From Chrysochromulina tobinii (Eukaryota), in the NCBI GenBank assembly GCA_001275005.1, contig JWZX01003071.1:1-38679 (forward strand): 38,679 nucleotides of DNA, given 5' to 3'. Made by a program: the position numbers and the translations under genes. Below, in pieces: positions 27,528-36,763 of this stretch. A model generated the notes under the pieces. The model worked only from the letters and a program-made list of their open reading frames with translations, ran no database searches and was not told where the DNA came from. Position 1 is the first letter of the stretch, and each line of letters opens with the position of its first letter.

Positions 27528-30510
27528 TCATACCATGCTATCGCGAGGAGCGCGAGCGCCAAATGAAACCTGCTTCGTAATCTGCTTCGTAATGGCCCGC
27601 ACTCCCGCTCGGCTCGGCGAGCGCAGCACCAGCTCGTACACCTCGTCGATGCGCATCGGGAGCACGTATGGCTCTTGGAAGAAGGCGCGCGCCGCCTCGG
27701 TGCTCGCGCGGTCCGCGTCCGTGGCGAGGCGCACGGGCGCGTTGCACCGGTCATCCTTGAGCACGCCGCGGCTCGATGAGGCAAGCTCATCGTGCTGGGC
27801 ACTTAGTGCGCCGATCATAGAAGCTGTGGAAGCTGTGGTTGGGATCCCTAGGTCATGCACGATCCCTAGGTCCTGGTGCGCCTGCCGGACCCACTCGAGG
27901 CCTGCGCCGTAAAAAACGCGTCGGTACTGTTTCGTGCCAGCGAAGGCGGCGAAGTCCTGGAGATGGTACCGTTGTAGCTCTTCGGAGCTCATGGCAGGCA
28001 CATCATAGCTCATTGAGAGCACGTACCGGCCTTCGGACACGTCGAGCAGCGCCTTTTCGATGCCACCCGTGACCATGAACCTTGGCGTACAGCTCACGAG
28101 AGCCCACTGCGGATGCGCGTCTGCCACGTACGCGATTGCTCGTGTGAAGGTGTGAACAGTGCCGATGCCCGCTCGCACGCCGCGCTTGTCGACCCGGAGA
28201 GCGTGCGCGATCGCGTCGGCCAGACAGGCGGACGTGTCGTCGCGATCGATGTATCGTTCAGATGGACTCGTAGAACATGTAGTAGACGGACTCGTAGATG
28301 GACCATGGTGGGAGGAGTGAGAGGAGGGCTGAGAGGCGGCGGCTCCTTCCTCCTCCACCTGGTGCGATGCGGAAGCTCGAAGGCAACGGTTCCTTCGACT
28401 GGGAGGAGGAGGAGGAGGAGGTTCCTCCGAGTAGGGGACCTCCGAGGTGGTAGTTGCGGCATGCGTTGCGGTGGAGGCTTCGAAGCGTCTTCGAGCCACC
28501 GCGACGATACCCGGAGTGGCTGCGGGTGCAGCTGCGGGTGCAGCTGCGGGTGGAGCTGCGCTCATGCAGCGCGAGCGGCGCGGCGGAGGCGCCGGAGGAG
28601 GCGCGCACGAGGGCTGGTCCTTGAGCGGCCCTTGCGGGGATGAGGGCCGCGAACGACGCGGCGGCGGCGGCGGCGGGCGGGGGCGGCGGCGTCGGCGGCG
28701 GGATGGACTGCGAGAAGGCGGACTTGAACTCGTCGTAGTCGATCGAGCCGCTGGCAGAGGCGGTGCACGCATGCAGCACTGCCTGGATCGATGGGTCGTT
28801 TTGGCGGTCTTCGGAGATGAAGCCCCAGTGCTTGAGGGCACGTTCCAGCTGCTCTTTGCTGACCGTGCCGCTATTGTCCACGTCGATGTAACGGAAGGCG
28901 GCTTGCAAGCTGGCATCGATGCTGCTGCTCGAGGCAGCCGGTGGCGCACCTCCCATCCCTCCATCCAGCCTGCTGGGTGCGGAGGTGGAGTCTTGAGTCA
29001 GAATCTCACCCAGGTCGAAGGTAGGACTCAAGATTTCCCCACATCGGATGGCCAGCACACGATCGCCCATGCGTACGGCGCCCAGCCTGCTGCTTTCAAC
29101 GGAGGTGCCCGGAGAGGTGCCCGGAGAGGTGCCCTGCCCGTTGCCCACCGGAGCATGGCCGATGGAGAAGGAACGACGAGGCAGGACCCTGGCCGTGCCC
29201 GGCGTCTCATCATGAGCCTGCCCAGAGTGTGGGCTCGCTCTGGGTCGACACGCACTCGGGTCGACACGCACTCGGGAGAACGAGGGGACCCGGTGGCTCA
29301 GCCCGGCCCTCCACATCTGCTGTTGATGGGCGCCGAGCTCTGCAAGTTGTATCTGGGAAACGTCAGCGAGTTGTACCACTTTGGAGGTGCTAGGGACCCT
29401 GCTTGAGGTGGTGCTGGGGGAGGTGGGTGTGCTCGTGTTCGTCGTGGTGGCGCTGATGGCCTTGTGGGAGAGTTTCGGCTCCGGCGTTTCCGCCGACATC
29501 ATCTCAGGCACCGATCGGGCGTCTCCACTCACGGAAGAGAGCCCGTTCTCGGCCCAGGCTGGGGGCCTGTTCCGCTCGGCGGCAGCTAGTTGCGCCAATC
29601 TCCGTCTTCGACAGAAGCCGTACACAAAGAAGCGATAGAAGGCGAATACGAGGATCAACGCGATCATTCCAAACACGATCGTCGACAGGTGTTCTTGAGA
29701 GAAAGAGATCGAGGTAAGCGAGGACCTCGTAGGGGTGGAGGGGAGGAAAGGCGGCGAGGATGGCGGCGGCGAGGGAGGCGGCATGGGCGGTGGAGAGCTC
29801 ATCGGTGGTGAAAGAGGCGGTCGTGCGGGCAGAGGTGGCGGTGGCGGCAAGGGTTCGGGAGAGGGAGGCGGAGGAGGAGGCGCAGGAGGCGGCGAGGGCT
29901 CTGGGGTCAAGGGAGAGGGCGGCGGTGGCGGTGCGGGCGGTAGCAAGGGCCGCGGTGAGAAGGGTGGCAGCAGATTGATGTTCAGGCACTGTGTCGAGTG
30001 CGTCATCAAATGATTCACGTAGCTAGCGTACGCGGGTACCGATCGGCTATTGTTGAAGCGTGCGTTGATCGACACGCAAAACATTCGCCGCAATGCCCCG
30101 CCAAGCCAGGTACTGGTCGTCTGGGCCAGGCTGTTGTGATAGTACGCACCACTTGAGTCGACTTGGCAGCCTAGAAGACCTTGGTTGGATCTATTCGTCA
30201 CCGTGGTTGCCGATGAGGACGAATATAGGAACGCAACCTCCTCGCAAAAAGCAGGTCCCATTGTCATGCTCTCGCTCATTGGGCAGAATCCTGGCGTCGT
30301 GCACGCTCGGTGGCATCGCTCGCCCTGGCTTTCAAGCGTGGCACAGCTCACCTGAGCAGCAAGTGAAGACCATCCACTTGGATTCGCAGATGACCCTTGC
30401 TGCAGTTCCCAGCAGCGCCCCGCGGCGTTTGTGGTTGTGCAGCTGATTGCAAACGCCCCAAACCCCAAGCAATCAGCAACCACGACGACGACGAGAAGAT
30501 GCCATCGCAT
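27528..30510 (-). CDS. Receptor-like type I membrane protein: signal peptide, Cys-rich ectodomain, Pro-rich stalk, TM, EF-hand pair, C-terminal globular domain; apparent 1-nt frameshift at ~28676
   Basis: ORF 28258..30510 carries SP, TM (~29615-29683) and EF-hands (DVDNSGTVSKEQL, SASGSIDYDEF). Removing one G from the CGG run at 28675-28677 continues into the coding-like frame of ORF 27528..28964. Confidence 0.6.
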
Positions 30511-30779
30511 CGCACCGCGCGACCGTGGGCGACCCCGCCACCTCCCGAGCGCAACTTATCAAGTGTTCTTGGGTTTCTCGTTTCAACCGTTTCCGTTACA
30601 AGCATGCGAGTCTCGAATTTCTCTCGAGCTCCTCTTGCGTCTCCTCTCTCGTCATCTCTCTTGCCGCACCACGCCAGGCCATCGACACCCGACGACTTGA
30701 CGCGCTCCCGGCGCCTCTGTCCCTCCCCTTCTGCCGCGTCGTCTCAGCGCGCATGCATGCTTTCGCCGTCGGTGGAATC

Positions 30780-31928
30780 TTACCGCTGGTAGTCGGTGTC
30801 GATCGCCTTCTTGCGCATCGCCGAGTCCTGCCGAGCCATCTGAGCCTGCGCCTCATCTTCCCACACGGCGAGCTTCCCCTCTGCATGCGCCTCCTCCTCG
30901 ACCTGCTCGAGGTCCCACACGCTCACGGACGCCTGGTCCCACGCCATGTCCTGCGCCTGGCGCGCGGTGAGCTCCTTCCCGCCCGCTAGGTCGAGCGCAA
31001 TCGCCTCCGCCTCCTCCGCGATCTCCTCGAGCCGCTTGACGAACCCCGTGTCGTACTGCTCGTCGACGTTACCGAAACGTAGCTTGATGTCTTGGATGGC
31101 GGCGGCGAGCAGGCGTGGCGGTACGTCGGGCTCCGTAGACTTGGCATCCTCCTGCTCTTGCTTGCTCACCGTGCTCAGCAAGATGCCACTCGAGCCTTGC
31201 TTCGGCTTCATCTTCTCGCGCAGCAGCTTCTGACGCGCATCGGCGTCGTCCATGCGCAACAGCCGACGCAGCAGCGACACCTGCTTTGGAAGCTTTGTGT
31301 CCATCTCGGTCTGCACGCGCTGCTGCAGGCGTGACAGCACGCGCACCGCGCCGGCACCCGCCTCTCCAGCGGCCTCCGCCTGCTGCTTGTTGGCCTCGAG
31401 CAGCTGCATCAGCGCATCGTCGATCCGGCCCTGCCGTGCGAGCGCCGCGATCTTACCCTCCATCACAATGGGCGTTGGCGAGGTGACGAGGTCCTTCATC
31501 GCCTGCGCGGCCGCGGTCATGCGCTTGGCCATCTCGGAGTTGACCGCCGTCTTGATATCCCTGAGTCGCTCAATGTTCTCCTCGTTGCCCTGCCCAATCA
31601 ACTCCTCGAGCCGCTGCAGAAAGGCATAGTCGACCATCGCATAGTTGGCGCTGATCTGCGCCTCGAGGTTCTCGTTGGTGTTGAGCAGTGTCGAGAGCAT
31701 GACGCCATACGTCTCCGTCGACATGATTCGCCCAGATTCGGTCATTGCACTCATCCTCTCCGCCATCGCGGCCGAGCCATCCTCGGCCGGCGGCGCCACT
31801 GCATGGACGGCGGCGCGGGCTGCAACGGGCCGCGAGAGGCCGCTCGTGCAGTGCGGGCCAGCGGTGACGCACGAGTAGGCTGCCACACTCGGCAAGACGA
31901 GGAGCACGATCGGCATGAGCAGCGGCAT
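30780..31928 (-). CDS. Plastid-targeted helical protein, At4g37920/PRDA1-like
   Basis: Signal peptide MPLLMPIVLLVLPSVAAYS plus Ala/Arg-rich transit-like region; LVTSP..MEGKIAALARQGRIDDAL and PKQVSLLRRLLRMDD..R resemble that family (from memory). Confidence 0.65.
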   Translation of the reverse strand: MPLLMPIVLLVLPSVAAYSCVTAGPHCTSGLSRPVAARAAVHAVAPPAEDGSAAMAERMSAMTESGRIMSTETYGVMLSTLLNTNENLEAQISANYAMVDYAFLQRLEELIGQGNEENIERLRDIKTAVNSEMAKRMTAAAQAMKDLVTSPTPIVMEGKIAALARQGRIDDALMQLLEANKQQAEAAGEAGAGAVRVLSRLQQRVQTEMDTKLPKQVSLLRRLLRMDDADARQKLLREKMKPKQGSSGILLSTVSKQEQEDAKSTEPDVPPRLLAAAIQDIKLRFGNVDEQYDTGFVKRLEEIAEEAEAIALDLAGGKELTARQAQDMAWDQASVSVWDLEQVEEEAHAEGKLAVWEDEAQAQMARQDSAMRKKAIDTDYQR

Positions 31929-32246
31929 GGACTGGGGTGAGCGTCAACCCAGTCCGGCTCTGCTCTGGAGCTGGAGCGGGGTCTCACACACGAGGTCACG
32001 ACGGGGCGTGCGGTGTGAAGTTAAATCGCGTTACATGCAAGCGCGCCAGCGTCGAGCGCGCTTACATGACTGTGTGACATGCTGTGTGAATTTGAAACGG
32101 GTCAAGGATGTCAGCAGACAGCACAGCTTCAGCTTGTACTTACTGTATTTCCGGTGGTGCAGGAGGTAACAATCTTACAACTTACGACAAGACCACACGG
32201 ACACGGGCCACACAAACACCCCGGCTCACATCGCGACACGCGTGTA

Positions 32247-32338
32247 ACACGTGTTTGCTCAGACGGCGCCATTCCAGGCGGCTTAGGTATCCCCAGGCCT
32301 ATTTTGGATTTCAGTTGCCGTCGTCATACACCACGTGT
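32247..32338 (-). promoter_or_regulatory. SECIS element in the 3' UTR of the selenoprotein gene
   Basis: Minus strand: helix I ACACGTG/CACGTGT, AUGAC...UGAG quartet, helix II GACGGC/GCCGTC, AAA 11 nt above the quartet, apical TCCA/TGGA stem. Confidence 0.8.
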
Positions 32339-32402
32339 GAGGGGGGAAGGAAGTGCAGCCAAAGAGACACATCCCCTGAAGCAGGCAGCGCCCAAGATCG
32401 AT

Positions 32403-32873
32403 CTATAGCTCGGAGTGTGGAGGTGAAGCTTCTTGAACGAATCCTGGATCGATGTGAACGAATCCTGGATCGATGTGATCAGGAATCGCAGCTGGAGGAT
32501 CAGCCTGAAGTACAGAGTGCAAGGGGTGATAAGGGTGCCCTCCCCCAGGCTCGCCTGTTCCTGCCTTGCGCTGGATGCCATAGTCGGTCATCAGCCTGTG
32601 AAGCGCTTCCTGCGAATTGTACTGAGTCAGGTCGATCCGCTTCTTCTCGAGGCCAAGGTCGTCGTAAAGCACAAGGTCGGGGTTGTGGCCAGGAATGAAG
32701 TTGACCTCGATTTCATACGCGCTCACGCCGCCATTTCCATTGTCTTTGACGAACGCCTTCACCTCCGTAACCTTGTTGAGCTTTCACCCGGAGCAGGTCT
32801 CGATCCTTGCTTTCACACCATTCGCGACCACTGTGACGAGCAAAAACAGCAGTTGCACGATGATGGACCGCAT
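32403..32873 (-). CDS. SELENOM: Selenoprotein M (Sep15/SelM family), 156 aa with Sec at codon 30
   Basis: MRSIIVQLLFLLVTVVANG signal peptide; ARIETCSG-TGA(32786-32784)-KLNKVTEVKAFV matches the SelM CxxU region; IPGHNPDLVL; ER-retention-like HSEL; downstream SECIS. Confidence 0.9.
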
Positions 32874-33149
32874 GAGACGCTGGAGCTGCGGTCAGATCGC
32901 GAGTCGAGCAGCGACGTACGTCATGCTTCGGCGGGTATTGGGAACGAATGCGGATCCTTTCCATGGGCCACGGGTTAGCTCCTGGGCGGGGGCTTCTCGC
33001 CGAGTCTTGCGGCGCACAGGAGTGCTCAAGCATCACACGGATGGGCTCTGTTTGGTATGTGAATGTGTGACGATGACGTCCCCCCAACACCTCAGAAACC
33101 CGTTCCCACACTGCTCCCACAGACTACCCTCTCTTCGCGGGCCTTTTCT

Positions 33150-35762
33150 ATGGACGAACCGACTTCTCTCGCCTCGTCCGTGCCCGCCGCGCTGCTCAAG
33201 AAGCTGCAGTCGCGCGGTGGCAGCGATCGGAGACTCACGACCTCACTCAAGGAAAACAAGGAGAATGACGACGACACGTCTACCGCGCCGACGCCGGAGA
33301 AGCCCACAAGAATGCCCTCCGACCGGCTCTCACCATGTGCCCGTGAGGCACAGCGGCTTGAAGAGAAGCGACGGCTGCGGCGCCTCGAGCAGGATACTGC
33401 GCGTGAGCGCGCGGCGCTCACCGACGAGACCTCTGAATTCAAGGAAATGATCACGCTTTTCAGAGAGAAGAATGTCACCGACGCAGTGGCCGCAGGCGCC
33501 GCTGCGTCGGCCGAGCGGCTGCGTGTCTGCGTGCGCAAGCGGCCGCTCCTACCGTCCGAGCTGCAGGCCAACGAGTTCGATGTGATCACTGCGTTCGGCC
33601 GCCGTGCTGTCCTGCATCAGACGCGACGCCGTGTCAACCTCGAGCGCTGCCTCGAGAACCATAGTTTCACATTCGATGCTGTCTTCGACGAGGCTGCGGG
33701 CACGGAGGCCGTGTACGCGGCGACGGCGCGCCCGCTCGTTCGCGGCGTCCTTACCGCCGGTGGCCGCATGACGTGCTTCGCGTACGGCCAGACCGGTAGT
33801 GGCAAGACGTACACCATGGAGGGCGGCGGCGGCGGCGCTGAGTCAGGCCTGTACTCGCTTGTTGCTCGGGACTGCTTCGCCGCGGTCGAGGCAGCGGCGG
33901 CAGCGGGGACGCCGCTGCGCCTGAGCATGAGCATGTTCGAGATCTACCGCGAGACCGTCTTCGACATCCTCACGCCCCAGCCATCGACGTCCAAGGTATC
34001 TGTACTCGAGGACGCCGCAAGCGAGGTGGGTACTCTGCCTACCTCTCTGACTGTGCATGCTGATTGCCTCCTTCATCTCTGTACTCGAGGACGCCGCAAG
34101 CGAGGTGGGTACTCTGCCTTCCTCTCTGACTGTGCATGCTGATTGCCTCCCTCATCTCTGTACTCGAGGACGCCGCAAGCGAGGTGATTGCTAGGTGATT
34201 GCCACTGATGACCTCATGAGGACGCCGCGAGCGAGGTGCGCCTGGTGGGTCTGACAACGAGTGCTTCTCTCGTTGCATGCTCACGAATGACTCCCGCAAC
34301 TGAATGGCATGCAAGTGGAACTAGTGGGTCTCACTGAGTGCATGCTGATTGCCTCCCTCATCAGGTGCAACTAGTGGGTCTCACCGAGCAACGGCCCGCC
34401 GACGCCGAGCAGGTAGCCGCGCTGCTCGAAACGGCGCGTGCCGTGCGACGCACCGGTAGCAACGGCGTCAATGAGCGCTCATCGCGCAGCCACGCGGTGG
34501 TGCAGTTCGTCCTCCGTGCCGAGTCGACTGCGGCCGAGGGCGCGACACTGGGGGCGACACTGGGCAAGATTACTCTCGTGGACCTGGCGGGGAGCGAGCG
34601 GGCGGCGGACACGATGGAGGCGCGAAGCGGCGACGCGCGTGTGCATGCGGAAGGTGCGGCCATCAACCAGTCGCTCCTGTCCCTCAAGGAATGCATTCGT
34701 GCCATGGAGAAGGGCGCTCATCACGTCCCGTTTCGTGGCTCGAAGCTCACGCAGGTGCTGTGATTGCACCTGATGACTCCCCTGATTGCCTCCCTCATCA
34801 TCTCGCAGGTGCTCTGATTGCACCTGATGACTCACCTGATTGCCTCCATCATCATCTCGCAGGTGCTCTGATTGCACCTGATGACTTGCCTGATTGCCTC
34901 CATCATCATCTCGCAGGTGCTGCGCGACTCATTCCTTGCGGACGCATCGACGACGGTGATGATCGCGCATGTGGCGCCTGCGAACTGCACGAGTGAATCC
35001 GCACTCAACACGCTGCGCTATGCCGAGCGCCTCAAGGCAGTAGCTGCTGCCTCCACCGCCTCCACCGGCTCCACCGCCTCCATCTGCGTCGCTTCTCCCG
35101 CCAACGGCACTGCCTCCGCTGCCAGTGCTGCCAGTGCTGCCTCTCCGGCTGGCGCGCCGCCTGCCGTGCGTACCGGTATGCCCTACGCTCTGGCCGGTGC
35201 GGAAAGCGGCCTGCCGCCGCCGCCTGCCTCGCCAGCACGCCGGCCACCGCGCACGCCACTGCCGCTGCCGCCTGCCTCGCCAGCACGCCGGGCCACCGAA
35301 GGCCAGGCCGGCTTGCGCAGCGCCGTACCGAGCAGCCCTAAGGTCTTCAAGCCCGCCGCCGCCGCAAGCCCCGCCGGCCGCACCGCCGGTGCAGTCGCCG
35401 CGTTGAATGCATACATCGACGCTTCTTCTGCGGGCTCCTGCAGCGCCGTCGCGGGCTCCTGCAGCGCCGTCGCGGGCTCCTGCAGCGCCGTCGACGCCTC
35501 TTCAGCGGGCTCAGCTGCGGCCTCCGCTGTCGACGTCTGCCGCGATCTGCTGCGCGTCGCGTACGATGCCGACGGCTGGAAGCAGGAACTGAGCTACCTC
35601 GACGCCCTCGCGACTCGCCCAGGCGGGGTCGAGGTCGGGCGATACTTTGATCGGTTGGAGACGGTGATGAGCGAGCGGCTGCAGCTGCTTCACGCCCTAC
35701 AGGCCCGTGTGCCGCAGCTGCGCGCGCACTACTGCGGCGACGCGCTCGATGCGTCGCGCTAG
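33150..35762 (+). CDS. Kinesin-13 (KIF2/MCAK-like), three exons 33150-34025, 34365-34754, 34917-35762, 703 aa
   Basis: RVCVRKRPL, LENHSFTFD, FAYGQTGSGKT, NERSSRSHA, LVDLAGSER, SLLSLKECIRA, HVPFRGSKLTQ|VLRDSF, LNTLRYA; both introns GT-AG, phase 0. Confidence 0.93.
34026..34364 (+). repeat. Kinesin intron 1 composed of repeated intron/exon-junction units (two 79-nt copies plus diverged copies)
   Basis: Units 34026-34104 and 34105-34183 each end in a copy of the exon-1 3' end (TGTACTCGAGGACGCCGCAAGCGAG). Confidence 0.9.
34755..34916 (+). repeat. Kinesin intron 2 = three tandem 54-nt GT...AG units
   Basis: 34755-34808, 34809-34862 and 34863-34916 are near-identical (GTGCT.TGATTGCACCTGATGACT...CATCATCTCGCAG). 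Confidence 0.95.
35430..35492 (+). repeat. Three 21-nt tandem units encoding AGSCSAV in the kinesin tail
   Basis: GCGGGCTCCTGCAGCGCCGTC x3. Confidence 0.95.
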
Positions 35763-35806
35763 ATAGCACTGCGAAGCCAGTTCGTGGGGGCGAGAGACCG
35801 GGCAGC

Positions 35807-35892
35807 GGGGATGACGAAGCCGCTCGTGGATGACGAAGCCACACGTGGGGATGACGAAGCCGCTCGTTCCGTGGGGATGACGAAGCCACACG
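35807..35892. repeat. Four copies of GGATGACGAAGCC just downstream of the kinesin stop
   Basis: Direct reading; followed alternately by GCTCGT and ACACG. Confidence 0.9.
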
Positions 35893-36763
35893 ATACGAGC
35901 GGCAGCAGTGGTGGCAGTGCACAGGGCCTGCAGTTCTGATTCGAGATCATACGAGATTGTGGCACACGGTGCGTGCGACACCACTTTGGAAAGTCTCTGC
36001 ATGTGCGCGGTGCGAGAGAGAGAAGGTGGAGGAGAGAGACCGAGAGAGAAAGGTCTGCGAGTCAGACACGAGACGACAATGACGAGAGCGGAGACAGCGA
36101 TCCAGCGTGGAGAGAAGCGAGAAACGGGAGAGATAGAGTACAGAGTTGCGGTCACTCTGGAGAGTGTACTGGCGAGAGTGTGGAGTACTCAGAAGTCTCA
36201 GACGCCGAGGGTCCGAGTGATGAGTGTGCGTCGCAGCCCGTGCCACGCTGGCCGGACGCTCTCGTAGCTCGCCGCGCGCCGCCAACTTGGCGTAGGCCGC
36301 GACCGGACCGTCACCGTGCGGCTGCCGAGCCGGCCGGCGAGCGGCGTGCGCGGTGGTATCTGCCGGTGGCCGGTGCGGCGCCGGGCCCCGGTGCCCGCGT
36401 GGCCGTGGGGCGGCACGTCGTGCGGCCATTTTCGGGACCGCGCACGTCGAACAAGATATCGAAAAAACCCTAAACCGCAATGTTGAATCTTGAATGTATG
36501 ATTCGTATCCGCCGTGCGGATCGAGAGACGATGACACGAATACATTGCGGCAGCTGCAACAGTAGCTGCACAGTATCGAGTATGCGTGCAGGGGCGGTGT
36601 GGGCAGCGGATGACATGGAATGTCGGCCCGTCAGTCTTCGAGATATGTCAGCTGATGTCGACGCCCGACCGAGCCGAGCCAGTGCCGTGCCCCGCAACAC
36701 GCAAGGCGCCGAAAAAAGAACGTTCATCGCTCTACACGGTTCCTCCCTTGACTCCATAATATC

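Noticed and set aside
34026..34916. Regularly spaced direct repeats resembling a CRISPR array
   Set aside because: No unique spacers and no cas genes; the units are intron/exon-junction copies within a eukaryotic kinesin gene.
36464..36476. AAACCCTAAACC telomere-like or telo-box motif
   Set aside because: Single copy, expected by chance, and located between convergent gene ends rather than at a promoter.
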